Source: Schizochytrium sp. TIO01 (Eukaryota; Protista; Bigyra: Labyrinthulomycetes). Taken from it: 64,000 nt of DNA. Within the stretch, counting starts at the first letter, position 1. The number at the start of each line of letters is the position of its first letter. Shown here one piece after another: positions 23,069 to 34,512 of this stretch. The notes beneath the pieces were generated by a model, which worked only from the letters and a program-made list of their open reading frames with translations, was not told the origin of the DNA and ran no database searches. The stretch lies in NCBI GenBank assembly GCA_004764695.1, contig SMSO01000006.1, forward strand, positions 1,565,859-1,629,858. Reading direction: 5' to 3'. The translations under genes and the position numbers were made by a program.

Positions 23069-24561
23069 TCAAAACACATACTTAGATAAGGGGGATGAGG
23101 AGCTAGTTTCGCATATCGGACATGTCACAGTCCATGTGAAGGGTGTAGAGCCTTCGTCGATTGACACCTCGAGTCCCCTAGGATAGGTACATGTGGGACA
23201 AATTCGGCCCGCCATCATCTCATGCGTTTCGGAAAAAGGCGATGATGCTGGCGGAGGTACCGGGGGGGGGTAGCGTGCGCATAGTAGCGCCATCTTAGCA
23301 TCAGCCATACCAGTGTCCTGTTTTTCGAGAGGGAGGTCTGGATGCCAGAAGCGGATAAGCAACGTCCAACGTTCGTCCGGTGTGTTGTTGATCTCCTCAT
23401 GCTCGAAAGAGTCGTCAATAATGAGGAAATGACCCTCTTCGAAGGTGCGCCATTCACTGCCGACACGAATAGCGCATGCTTTGTCCATATTAGAAGTAAC
23501 AGGCTCAGCAGAATTCTTAGGAACAGACAATGGAAGAATTGCCGTAAGGCGGGTGTTCGTCACATTGCTCGAAGCTTTCTTGTGAGAGTGCGCTCCAAGA
23601 CGGGTGAAGACAATTTCACCCCCGTTCTTTTCAGCAAACTTAAACATCTTTTGGGGCAAAATTCGCTCGAGAAGTTTCCATGTCTTCGAAGGTCTTCCAA
23701 GAATAGAACTTAGTTCATAAACGTCAACCTCTTTCATGAACCCCTGCACCCGCGCTCTATCTGGGTTTTCACCATTAGCCAAAGCTTGGGCGGTGCTTTC
23801 TTCGATCCACTTATTATGGTTTAAGGCCTCCGCCATTTCGTCACGAATAGTTTTCGTAAAGGCTTCAATATCTGATGTCCAGGACGTAAACATCTCTGAA
23901 GGCCAATAAGGTTGTGCGCGAAGGCCTTTGGCACCGGCAATCGGGAGTTGGAGTGGGTTCGACCAAATCATGCCTACTGGGTTATGCTTGAGCGCATTTT
24001 CAACAACCTTCTGGGCCAACAGGGGCTCGCGGCGGCCTTGGTGAATCATAACAAGCTCTGCGGAAGCCCAGTACGAGTTTTTCTGATCTGCCTTGATTGC
24101 AGTGTAATAGAGTTCAATGGCAGTCTCCACACAACGTTCAAGATTTGGGTCATACGGGATTGTCACCGCGCTATAGAGTGCGCACGCAGCAAAAAAGGCC
24201 TTGCGAGATAGCCATACGCCCTTTTCGTTGAGTTCTTCACTTTCCTTCACACATTGTGCAAGCCGTAAATTCATCATAACGTTGGGCATACACTGGATCG
24301 AGGATGACTCTAGAGCCTTAGAGGCTCCAAACATCCAGTCAAATTCATTGGCCAACCGGTTTTTGCCTATCTTGACACATGTAGCTTTGTGCTCAGGATA
24401 CGCCGCTTGTTGGCACTCTTTTGAGCAATACCTAGCGCCGCCACACCTACCACATGTCATCAAATTTCCCTCCGTTTTCCCACACTTGGCGCAAACCCAT
24501 GGCACCTCATCTGCCGGTAGCCCCAATAGACTTTTGCTTTCTGTGCTTGAAGGTCACTCAT
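23069..24561 (-). CDS. Paralogous MYND + AspH-like domain protein, probably catalytically degenerate; apparent 1-nt frameshift near the start
   Basis: MYND CAKC..CGRC..YCSKECQQAAYPEHKATC, IDDSFEHEE..RWTLLIRFWHPDL, tail CPTC..CPIC. The ORF-track start at 24526 is a TTG. An ATG at 24561 joins the frame if the T4 run at 24532-24535 had one more base (MSDLQAQKAKSLLGLPADEVPWVC). Confidence 0.82.
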
Positions 24562-25132
24562 CGTAAAACTCCTCGATTCCTTCTCCAAAAACTAGATGAT
24601 ATACGTCCCGGTATGGCCAACGAGCGCAACGTAAGATTATCAACACTACCGAATCAAACTGGAAACCGCAAAGCAACCACGCGAGTATGCTTTCGCTGCA
24701 ATGCGCAGATTTGCAGGTTTTCTTTCTTGGCGGTCTCAGGCTTTGGAGAATTCTGCGCCATCCCCTTTCATCTGATTCTTTACTAACTTAATAGATGGTA
24801 GCGCAACCTAGGTGGTTTTGATTGATAGATAGATATAATTTATTTAAACTTTTATTAAAAAATTAAAATGAAAAATTAAAATGAAAGGAACCAGCTCAGA
24901 ACATACGTGGAACGCGGACCTTTGATTCCGCAATAACAACTTTGCAAGAACTGGTATAGAAAGCCTTACGTGGGGCTTTAGAGATGCAGTCGAGGTTGGA
25001 TGGGAGCCAAATTGAAAGAGCAGACGAATCCAAATCTCGAATTGCATATCCGAAGCTCGCGGATTTGACTAGTGGTTGCGTGTTGAGGAATAAGGGCCAA
25101 CTTGAATTTCGTTTGTTTTGGAGGAGGCGAAA

Positions 25133-26065
25133 ATGTTGCGTAACGTGGTTCGTGCGTCGTGGCTGCGCGGAGCGGTACAGGATGTGCAAGTGATTGATGC
25201 GTCTTGGTTCATGCCGGCGGATAATCGCAAACCGCGAGAGGAGTTCGAACAAGCCCGCATTCCTGGCGCAAGGTTCTTCGACCTCGACGAGTGCGTAGAT
25301 CGGAACTCTGACCTTCCGCATATGATGCCGGACCCTAAGACTTTCGCGGACTACATCTCCAGCCTTGGCATGGTGAATGAAAAGCCCTTTGTAGTATACG
25401 ACACCGCAGGACTCTTCTCTGCCGCGCGTGTATGGTACATGCTCAAAGCAGTTGGTGTAGAGCAAGCTGCTATTCTTGATGGAGGCCTTCCTGCTTGGAA
25501 GCAGGAGCAAGGTGAGCTTGAGTCGGGCCCCGTGTCTTCTGTGAGTTCTGATGGCAAGATTATGTTCGAGTGTGCCAAAGCACCGAACTCGGCATTTACG
25601 GATGCAGCTCGTGTACTTGGTCAGTCAGAAGCACTCTCTATGCAGGAGTACAAGACTGAGAACAACACTTCAGGCTACATCATTGACGCACGGGCTAAGG
25701 GGCGCTTTGATGGTTCAGTGCCTGACCCGCGCCCTAAGATGCGCCGGGGACATATCCCTTGCGCGAAGAACATTCCATTCACTGAAGTCCTCGTCGACGG
25801 CAAATTTCGATCCCGTGAAGAGATTGATGCTGTGTTTGGCAAAGCTGGAGTCGACGTGCGGGCTGCCATTGCGGGTGAGATGCCGCTTACATTTAGCTGT
25901 GGCTCTGGAGTCACGGCATGTATCCCACTCCTTGCTGCTGTTGAATTTCTTGGCGTCCCACTTCACCAGTGCGTTGTCTACGATGGTTCTTGGTCTGAGT
26001 GGGGCCGTGAAGCAAACGCTGCAACTCTCCCTGTAGAGATCACCGCGAAGACTGTTCAAGACTAA
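25133..26065 (+). CDS. MPST: 3-mercaptopyruvate/thiosulfate sulfurtransferase (tandem rhodanese)
   Basis: IDASWFMP, RIPGARFFD, LPHMMP, AARVWYML, LDGGLPAW, IDARAKGRF, GHIP, active-site CGSGVTA, YDGSWSEW. First ATG at 25133. Confidence 0.93.
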   Translation: MLRNVVRASWLRGAVQDVQVIDASWFMPADNRKPREEFEQARIPGARFFDLDECVDRNSDLPHMMPDPKTFADYISSLGMVNEKPFVVYDTAGLFSAARVWYMLKAVGVEQAAILDGGLPAWKQEQGELESGPVSSVSSDGKIMFECAKAPNSAFTDAARVLGQSEALSMQEYKTENNTSGYIIDARAKGRFDGSVPDPRPKMRRGHIPCAKNIPFTEVLVDGKFRSREEIDAVFGKAGVDVRAAIAGEMPLTFSCGSGVTACIPLLAAVEFLGVPLHQCVVYDGSWSEWGREANAATLPVEITAKTVQD

Positions 26066-26560
26066 GTATCCTTAAGTTTTCCCCCTTGCGATAAAGTCTT
26101 TAATGATTAAAAAAAATTGTTTAGTGCGGAAAATTCACAAAAGAGAAGAGCTACCCATCGCATATGTGACAAGACAGCAATGATACCTCTATGCACTTCA
26201 AATCCTTTTGTTTTTTTTTGCATTCTTGTTCTGCTCTTTCAGAAGGTTATCGCTAAGAATTATGTTGCTACAAATATAATCAGATTCGAGAGCAAGATTG
26301 GTGAAGCACAATGTTTTTGAAACAATGCAAACATCTTTATTCACTTCCAAAGAGAAAGATTCATTCCTCATGATGTTCTTGCCTGTGGATCGTGTTACCC
26401 TTGAACTGGGTTCTTTATAAAATTACGAGTTGTTAAAAGCAAGATTAGGTTAAATATTGAATTTACCTGTTTGAATCAGCAAGAAAACCATAACCGAATA
26501 ATTTGAAAGGAAATCATTTCTTTATAGCCAGAAGTTAGCAATCTTGAATGTCTGTGTACT

Positions 26561-27388
26561 TTAAAATCGAGACATATTGCCACCCGAGGCAAGCACCGTC
26601 TCGCCGGTCATATAAGCCGCGTCACTGCTGCATAGGAAGGCAGCGATCCCGGCAATATCAACAGGGTCACCAAAGCGTTGCAGAAAGCCATTTGCACGTG
26701 CAGCCTTGCCTTCATCATCACCATTCCAAAGCATGGCGGCCATGCGGGTTCGTACAACTCCTGGGCAAATCGTGTTTATGCGAATTCCGCGCGGGCCAAG
26801 CTCATTCGCAAAAACTTTGGCCAAACTGATTACAGCGGTCTTTGCCATACCATAGAGGCCCAAGGGAGGTTGAGGCATAAAGCCACCTACTGAGGAGATA
26901 AAAATGATGGAGCTACCTCGCTGCAAGTACGGTAGAGCAAGCTTGACTAGAACAAAGTAGGATTTAACGTTGATGTCAATGACCTTGTCAAAGACCTCTT
27001 CAGACATGTCAAGGCTGAGACCGGTTTTGGGGTTGGCGCCAGCGTTAGAGACCAGAGCGTCAATGCGTTCTTCCCCAAAGAAGTCGACTGCTGCCCGAAT
27101 AAAGCTCTCTTGATCCTTTGAATCTCCCACATTGCAAGTGGTGCCGCCTACATTGTACCCCTTAGCACGAAGCTCATCAAGAGTCTCCTGGACATTAGGT
27201 GCCTTGCGCGAGCAAAGAAAAACACGTGCTCCTTCTTCGCAAAATCTTTCCACCATCGCGCGGCCGATTCCAAGAGTGCCTGCTGTGACAACGACATTTT
27301 TACCAGTGTACCGCTTACAGTTGTGGCTCGGGTCTGCCATAACAATCTCACCCCAGCCACGGCCCTGCTTATACTGCTCTGGTGCCAT
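26561..27388 (-). CDS. DHRS4-like short-chain dehydrogenase/reductase, probably peroxisomal
   Basis: TAGTLGIG cofactor motif, LVSNAG, catalytic YGMAK, C-terminal -SRF (PTS1-like). Confidence 0.88.
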   Translation of the reverse strand: MAPEQYKQGRGWGEIVMADPSHNCKRYTGKNVVVTAGTLGIGRAMVERFCEEGARVFLCSRKAPNVQETLDELRAKGYNVGGTTCNVGDSKDQESFIRAAVDFFGEERIDALVSNAGANPKTGLSLDMSEEVFDKVIDINVKSYFVLVKLALPYLQRGSSIIFISSVGGFMPQPPLGLYGMAKTAVISLAKVFANELGPRGIRINTICPGVVRTRMAAMLWNGDDEGKAARANGFLQRFGDPVDIAGIAAFLCSSDAAYMTGETVLASGGNMSRF

Positions 27389-28654
27389 GATGCTTTCCTT
27401 GAACGCACTAATTCACCAAGCTGAGACTTAATTCAACGTAAAATCTGTGTCACTTGGTGCACAAGTAGAAGGTTAGTTTGACTTCACTTCGAGACAAATC
27501 AATGTAGATAGTTTTCGTCAACGTTGGCTGATGCTTGAGCTAGGAAAGCCACTGGCATCGGATACGCGACGAAGCATCAAGGAAAAGAACATTTACATAT
27601 ATACGTACGAGGTAAAAGATATTGACGTAGCAGTACCACTACGAATTGTGTTTAGGTGTATGTATTTAGTATGTATTATCACAAGGTCGCGCCAAGGAGG
27701 TTGCCCAGGTTCGACTGGAACGCGTGTGTCGCCTATCGAATAAGGCAGACCCAGCACGACAACTCAGCAGCAGGACGTCTAACTGCAATCAGGAATTGCT
27801 TAGGCCTTGCTTCCCAATTGCAGGTCTGCTGCGCCATAGAATTAATCGCCATATTCCCACAGCAGTGCATTGATAGATAGAAATAGAAGAAAATCGGGAC
27901 ATGGAAACAACCCAAAACAAGGTGCAACAACCAAACTTTAACTAGCCCATGTCATGCCTACCTTGAAGAGTGTGACCATCACAGCCTCTTTATAATCAGA
28001 CAGTCCACATGGAACTCATGTCCTACACCACAGAGCGAAAGGCAAAACATCCCTCCAAGCTGCTATTGCAGGCAGCAACCAAGATACGCACCGGCGGGTT
28101 TCCATCCTTCTCTAAAGCATATCAACCCCATGGTCTATCTTGGAATAGTGCTATTAGCAACCTACTACGGAGGCCGTGGGGCGGACTCACCAGGATGGCA
28201 CTTGAGCAGGAAGGCCCATAAGAACCGATGCCAAGTAAGCCTAGCTTCAAGGGCGGCCCAATTCCAGTGGGTATGTAGGTACCTAGCTACTCCTTGTGAG
28301 AACTGCTGCTGGTTGCAAGATCAGGATGATTGCATGAGGTGAATGGATCTATCTACCTTGGGGTTATTACGCATAAGAGTTCTGGTAGTAGGAGTCTTAT
28401 GAGTAAAACATAGGTAGAGCCATGCACATGGTGATTGATTGAGTTTGGTGCTGAGTGTTGTCTTGTGGATGATTGGTATCGGCTTGATGGCGATGTCCCG
28501 GTGTCGATAATTCGCTATTCCGTTTCGATCAATGCTAATTTGTTGTGCCTCTGGTGATTTGGAATAGTTCGTGTTTCTTAAGTTTAGTTGCTTGATTTCT
28601 CATTTTAGTAGTATTACTAAGGGTAGGTAGGTACCTATATACCTATTGAAAAAT

Positions 28655-28936
28655 CTACTTGCGCTCGGCCAAGGCCTCGTCCGCAATGCTGGCCTGCACG
28701 AGCGAGAGCTGCACGAAGAGGTTCCCGCTAAGTTGACCTGTAGCTGCAGGTTGAGCTTGCTTGGAGCCGTCAGCTCCGGCCTCAGACTCGCCACCGAGGG
28801 TAGGCTCGCTGCCACCAAGCGTGTACAACATAGAGGCATCCTGGGCCTCGGGCCGCGATGCAAGAAAACGCTCCAACGCAGACGCTGCCTTGTCCAGCGA
28901 CACTGCATGCAGCTCCTTGAAGGTAACTTGCTCCAT
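28655..28936 (-). CDS. Small 93-aa hypothetical protein (possibly RNA polymerase I Rpa14-like)
   Basis: ATG-initiated, GC-rich coding-like ORF with a helix (VSLDKAASALERFL), low-complexity linker and helix (LFVQLSLVQASI). Confidence 0.45.
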   Translation of the reverse strand: MEQVTFKELHAVSLDKAASALERFLASRPEAQDASMLYTLGGSEPTLGGESEAGADGSKQAQPAATGQLSGNLFVQLSLVQASIADEALAERK

Positions 28937-29658
28937 TTTGACCTTGTCTGGGTTATACCCTTACTGTTCCTGCCACAGAACTGCACTCCACGATCGAGGT
29001 TTGGTCCTCGATTCTGTTATCCACCTCCTCCACGCTCAGCCAATCGGTGGCCGAGAGCGACATTGCGGGTGCCCATGGTGTGTACGCGTACCCCCTGTTG
29101 GGGACACCAGGAGATTTTACCTTTAGGGATAATGCTAGGACTGCCTTGCAACGGACCATCACATGGGAGGAGGCATAGTAAGCAGGTAGTAGGTTCCCTA
29201 AGCACTAGGAGATCAGAGAATAATAATATAGAGTGGCTTGAACGGATAGGTGTGTTCTGGAGCTACTTTTATGTAGATTGATTGATGGATTGATAGTAGC
29301 TGCATGCGTGTTTTGGCAAAATTTAGTAGCAGGAATTTGAGAACGGGATCGCCGCCGTTTGGGCAAAATTTTACATGAACAGGGCTGTGGTCAAGTCGGG
29401 CGACTCAGGCTTCTTAAGGTGTAGCAACGGCCGCATATGTTTTTGGACGACAAAAAGAAGACCTGAAGAGACCTTACTGAATTGAGTTTGAAGGAACACG
29501 CAGCAATCTCGCTAACAACTTCGCAAACTTGCGCCTCTCCGCTCGAGGGAGGTGGCAAGCTTGGAGGAGCGGCGAGCAGGCTTGAAGGTGGGAGCGGCGA
29601 GCAAATCAGAATAATGCCTAAATGCACAACGCGACTCCGACGCAGAAACTGGACTTTA

Positions 29659-32600
29659 ATGTCACAAAATCTTTCCCCGGTGCTAGCGGTCGCGTTTCTT
29701 GTGTGTAGCTCGCAATTGCTGGCAGTGTCTGGCATCGAGACGGTGCAAGGAGGAGGCGACCCTTCAGTGCCACGAAATGCAGAGGAGTATGAACGCTGCA
29801 AAGCTACGCATAGATGTCCGCGTGCTTACACACAGTATAACATAACGGATGCCTCAGTAATATTCGAAAGCGCAGCGTTTGGAGATGGAGACCGAGAGCA
29901 CGCGCATTTATTTGCAGATTTTGAAGACTGGCAACAAGGAACACGTTTCTGGGGAGCAGATTCCACAAATGGCGCTCACTTCAGTTCCTTTGATTATGAG
30001 CTGCTTGGGCCTTTGGCAGCCCCAAGACTCGACCCTGATGGTGATCATTCTATATATAATCTGACATTCAACACGAGTTCTCTAAACATGACTATGTATA
30101 ACGAAACATCAGACGAACTCCTTTACTGGCAAACCGGCGAGCTAGTAAGTACCCCAAATGGAACGGAAGTAGCATTATTCAACTTTGACTATATTGATCT
30201 TGGGAACAACGTCTATATTGATACGACGGGGCCGAGAGCATTGTGTTTACTAAGTCGCAGCAGTATAAGGTTTGGATCTCGCATCAATATTGAACCTGAA
30301 ACGCTTGGAGGATTTCCAGGATCTAACTCCGTGTCTGAAAACAATCAACAAGGCCCAGGATCCTCAAGCCAGAGAGTCTACCTTTTCACTGTACAAACAC
30401 AAGCCACCCGTATCAAAGAGGTTCAAACTGTAACAACATTCGCGGATGCTGGGCAAACTCTTCGTGGAGGTTTTCGGGTAAGATACCGTGATGGCACCTC
30501 ACACACGATTCCTTGCAATGCTTCACCTGGACTGTTCAAGGCGCGCTTGGAACGTGCTACACGTACTGTTGGTCAAGTCTCGGTGTCGCGAAGTTTAGCA
30601 GATGATCAAGGTGGTTTCACGTGGACAATTACATACGACACTGCTACAGGCAACCTTCCACAACTCGAAGTGGAGTCTGAACTTGAAGGTATTGGCGCAG
30701 GAATAAATTCCACGACTCTTCAGGATGCGAACGAGCTAGGTGGCGAGTTTGCACTATCTTTTCACAACGATACCACGAAGTTGTTACCATTTAATGTATC
30801 GAGTTATGATATGGTAACTGCTTTGGAGCAGCTTGAAGGGGTCATATTTGCATCTGTACAGCGTAGTGATGCCATAACTGACGGTCGGGCCCTTGTTCTT
30901 CCAGGTTATGGCGCCTGTGATAATGGCCTCTGTCCGCATGACAGCCCGGGGCCTTCTCGGGAGCTTATTTGGACCATCCTGCTTGTCACAAGCACTGGAA
31001 ATGTTGCACCTACATCCCCCACTGTAGCCAACATCGATGAAATTGGCCCAATTCTCAACTTAACCATAGGTATAAATGAGCTTACGGGTTTAGACGCCAG
31101 CATAAATGTCACAATAGGTCATCACACACTTTATCACGCACAAAGTTTCACGGGTCTCGCGAATATATCTTCTCCCTTTTCGTTTGCGTTTGGGGGAATA
31201 GGTGGGTCATATGGTGGTCTTGGAATGCTTTCATCGCCCGTCACACTTACCCAGTCCCGACTTCTCAAAGATGCAAGTCTTAATTTGACGATATCCAAGA
31301 TTCTCTCGGTTGCTTCGAAGATGCAGAATCCTGCTTATGGTACAGCAGATCTTTCCCGGGATCTTCTCGGAGGTAGCGGAGGTGGCGTCGGTGGAATTAA
31401 TCTCCGCCATCTTCTTGCCCACTCACCTCCTGCGGGAATCGGAGGTGCTGGGGGTGGAGCCCTGGAGATTGTTGCAGTAAATGATATAATTTTCGAATCC
31501 ACGAGTGGGCTTGATGTATCTGGAGGTGATGGACAGAGCGCATTTTGGGGTGGCGGGGGAGGTTCTGGTGGAAGTATTCTCATTGTGGCGGGGGGTATCA
31601 TTCAGTTGGACCCTAATTGCACCATTGTGGCCGATGGTGGATCCGGAGGAGCAAGCGCTGCTTTTCCAGATGGGATTCGGGCAAACGGCAGTGGTGGGCG
31701 CATCGCGATGTACGCAAAAGCTATGACTCTTGATCGCAACGAAGTCTCAAATCTAATTCACGCTTCTCCAAATGGTTCTGTAAATATTTATACTCGTTTT
31801 GGTCCACAGCTGAACTTAGATCATACACGTGGAGCAGCGGGTACAACATCGTCATTGCGCCTAGAAGTGGAGGAGTTCACCACCACTCAATCTGGTATCA
31901 AAAAGCGAAGCCCATTTGCTGCAAATGGCCCGCGATTTGATATTCATCCTGACACAAACAGCGGTACACTTCCAAATCGAGTTGCGGCGTATGTCATGAT
32001 GCGGCGTATCGACATGGGTTCAAGCGTGGACATTCGCAGTACTGGAGTTGCACTATATGCCTCGGCATCTATTGAAGACGAACCGGTGATGATTGGAGCA
32101 GCTGTGAAAAATGGCAACTTTGTTCACGGGGCTTCATACAGAAATTCCCCTGAGAATATATTTTATCACAAAGTCATGCAAAATCGTTGGTACAAGCTTG
32201 AATTTCTGATAGACTGGGACACTAGTACCTATACCATTCGTTTGGATGATGTAGAACGTGTAGTTGATGCGCCATTCAATGGAACAGACTTTCAAAGCAT
32301 TGGTCTACACGGATACTCTGGTGCTACATCATGGTTTGACGAGGTATATGCTGGCCATGATGATTCCGCTTACTTTCGTTGTCCTCGAATGATCATGCAT
32401 GAGGCTCCTGATGATGATGCAGAAGTCACAAGGGCAGAGCGCAGGAGCGGGGCTTCCTTGGTTATGAATCGTCCAGACCAGACCGAGTGGGACTCGAGCT
32501 GGCGTGGACCAAATTCTTCCTACACTGCAATGGTTCACCACGAGTCGCATTTATCAGATAGAGCTTTATACCAAGGTCATTCTCATGACCTTGTATATTA

Positions 32601-34512
32601 TAGTGGTGGGCAAAACCTCCGCTATAATTCGGATGTCGGTCCACTTGAACCAGCTTCACGCGCTGGCAAGGTATACCGCGGTGTCCTTTTGGGTACTCCT
32701 TCCTCGCCAGGGTCTGAGGTGAGTGAAGACATCCTTGAAGCAACGGAGACTACTGCCGGTGGTAATGGGCGTGATTGGAGCAATGGGTATGACACTGAGA
32801 ATGCTACTATCAATGACGGGGAGGATGCCACAACTGGGAGATACTATTGGTATGGAGAACACATAAACCCTCGTGCAGCAGAAGAACCCCTTTTACGAGG
32901 AGGAGTAATGTCATGCTCAACCAATGACTTCATGACATGGAGAAACGAGGGGACAATGTTACATTTCGTAAATATCTCCTATGATGGCGGTGTGCCGCGT
33001 ACTAGCATCTATGTTGTTGACAACGTTGAAGAAGGAGACACGAATGACCTTCGGTACTCGGTGGAGATTCCTGTTGAAGAGATTGTTGGAGTTGGGAATT
33101 GGACAAATGCTCCTCTCGTTTTGGAAAGACCTAAGGTCTTGTATAACAAGAACAATAATCAGTATGTAATGTGGGGAAATGTTCATGACGAGGCAAACGA
33201 GCTTGGTGTGGCTCTTGTGGCTACCTCAGACTACCCTGGAGGTCCATATTCAATTTACAACGTCTCATTGCCTAATGGAAACGAAACTCACGATCAAACA
33301 GTGATCCAGCGCGATGATGGTAAGGCGTTACTTATTCGCACGTATTACGCAACGGTTGACTATCTTCTGCCGGAACCCGTCATGCAACCAATGTGGGAAT
33401 CAGTCAAGGATGAATACGGTGATGTAGATTACGGCCTTAACTACCACCGTGCAACTTACTTGGAAGGTTATGATGACGCTAATGACATCTGTATTCAGCG
33501 GGTACGCATGGAAGACAAAGAGGCAAATATTATATATACGCCACTTGACGAGCGAATGCCCGTGGTCGACTGGATTCGAAACGCATATAGTGGCGAAGGT
33601 TATCTTGAACACTATAGCGTAAGTGAACAAGCAGAGCCTTGGATTTATAAAAATATTACTGGACAAGGTGATCCTGTAGTAGAATCTCGGTTTTTGAGAC
33701 CGACATTGGATATTAATAATTATTGGATGCCGAGTTCAGTACCCGCGGTGAAAGCTCAACCGTGGAAATACAACTACAGAGACGACAATATTGCTGATAA
33801 CCCAATACATACTGCTTTGCCAGACAAGCTCATTGGACCACCACAAGTAGTACAGCAACGGCGTACCAAATACATCGCAATCAGTCTACTGAGCGACGAC
33901 TACTTGGAGGCCATTGACGACTTATCTATCATGGAAGGATACATGGAGGAAGGCATAGACCTCGCATCCATTATTTCAAACCCTGACCAGCTTGGTACAA
34001 ACTTGGAGGATCAAGCAGTGCCATACGATCGTCGCAATTTTCCAGAAATATGTATTGGTGGAGATGGTGATGATGAGTGGGAAACCTGTAATGCTGCATT
34101 TGAACTAACCCAGAAATCTACAATGCCAGGCCAGGTATGGGGCCTCAATGCAAGTTTTGACTTCGTTACTGAAAAAGATTGGGCTTGGCGCTACCATCAA
34201 TATCGTACTGTAAAAGGCGATCGCGATGATGCACCGATCAACTTTCGTGATCAGCTTGTTCCATGGTTTACTCCGGGATCTGGAAAGTCCCGTTCGACTC
34301 GTGGCCGCTCCTTCTTCAGGGCGTACGATTACAATTGCTATCGCGGAGAGAACAATTATACTGAGGATGATCCGAACTATGTTGCTGCTGATGATCTGTA
34401 CCTTCATATCCTATCTCAACACTGGCGCAAGACAGAAGGTATTGATAATTCCACTGTCACAGCTCATTTGGTGGAATGGGATGGAATTCCAAAGAACCAA
34501 ACGTTGGATTGA
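29659..34512 (+). CDS. Large secreted glycoprotein: EVQ-type beta repeats, Gly-rich repeat region, beta-sandwich, and C-terminal GH43 (subfamily 24-like) beta-propeller fragments
   Basis: Signal-peptide-like MSQNLSPVLAVAFLVCSSQLLAVSG from the ATG at 29659 (alternative ATG at 29614). Many N-x-S/T sites. EVQTVTT..GGFRV..VSVSRS..FTWTITY repeat. GGSGGG/GGAGGG blocks. GH43-like YYWYGE, WRNEG, LERPKVLYN..YVMW, ATSDYPGGPY, HDQTVIQRDDGKALL, ISLLSDDYL. Confidence 0.75.
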   Translation: MSQNLSPVLAVAFLVCSSQLLAVSGIETVQGGGDPSVPRNAEEYERCKATHRCPRAYTQYNITDASVIFESAAFGDGDREHAHLFADFEDWQQGTRFWGADSTNGAHFSSFDYELLGPLAAPRLDPDGDHSIYNLTFNTSSLNMTMYNETSDELLYWQTGELVSTPNGTEVALFNFDYIDLGNNVYIDTTGPRALCLLSRSSIRFGSRINIEPETLGGFPGSNSVSENNQQGPGSSSQRVYLFTVQTQATRIKEVQTVTTFADAGQTLRGGFRVRYRDGTSHTIPCNASPGLFKARLERATRTVGQVSVSRSLADDQGGFTWTITYDTATGNLPQLEVESELEGIGAGINSTTLQDANELGGEFALSFHNDTTKLLPFNVSSYDMVTALEQLEGVIFASVQRSDAITDGRALVLPGYGACDNGLCPHDSPGPSRELIWTILLVTSTGNVAPTSPTVANIDEIGPILNLTIGINELTGLDASINVTIGHHTLYHAQSFTGLANISSPFSFAFGGIGGSYGGLGMLSSPVTLTQSRLLKDASLNLTISKILSVASKMQNPAYGTADLSRDLLGGSGGGVGGINLRHLLAHSPPAGIGGAGGGALEIVAVNDIIFESTSGLDVSGGDGQSAFWGGGGGSGGSILIVAGGIIQLDPNCTIVADGGSGGASAAFPDGIRANGSGGRIAMYAKAMTLDRNEVSNLIHASPNGSVNIYTRFGPQLNLDHTRGAAGTTSSLRLEVEEFTTTQSGIKKRSPFAANGPRFDIHPDTNSGTLPNRVAAYVMMRRIDMGSSVDIRSTGVALYASASIEDEPVMIGAAVKNGNFVHGASYRNSPENIFYHKVMQNRWYKLEFLIDWDTSTYTIRLDDVERVVDAPFNGTDFQSIGLHGYSGATSWFDEVYAGHDDSAYFRCPRMIMHEAPDDDAEVTRAERRSGASLVMNRPDQTEWDSSWRGPNSSYTAMVHHESHLSDRALYQGHSHDLVYYSGGQNLRYNSDVGPLEPASRAGKVYRGVLLGTPSSPGSEVSEDILEATETTAGGNGRDWSNGYDTENATINDGEDATTGRYYWYGEHINPRAAEEPLLRGGVMSCSTNDFMTWRNEGTMLHFVNISYDGGVPRTSIYVVDNVEEGDTNDLRYSVEIPVEEIVGVGNWTNAPLVLERPKVLYNKNNNQYVMWGNVHDEANELGVALVATSDYPGGPYSIYNVSLPNGNETHDQTVIQRDDGKALLIRTYYATVDYLLPEPVMQPMWESVKDEYGDVDYGLNYHRATYLEGYDDANDICIQRVRMEDKEANIIYTPLDERMPVVDWIRNAYSGEGYLEHYSVSEQAEPWIYKNITGQGDPVVESRFLRPTLDINNYWMPSSVPAVKAQPWKYNYRDDNIADNPIHTALPDKLIGPPQVVQQRRTKYIAISLLSDDYLEAIDDLSIMEGYMEEGIDLASIISNPDQLGTNLEDQAVPYDRRNFPEICIGGDGDDEWETCNAAFELTQKSTMPGQVWGLNASFDFVTEKDWAWRYHQYRTVKGDRDDAPINFRDQLVPWFTPGSGKSRSTRGRSFFRAYDYNCYRGENNYTEDDPNYVAADDLYLHILSQHWRKTEGIDNSTVTAHLVEWDGIPKNQTLD

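Noticed and set aside
27695-27722. GGTTCGA T-loop/B-box-like motif (tRNA?)
   Set aside because: No cloverleaf forms: T-arm geometry is wrong and there is no D-arm or acceptor stem.
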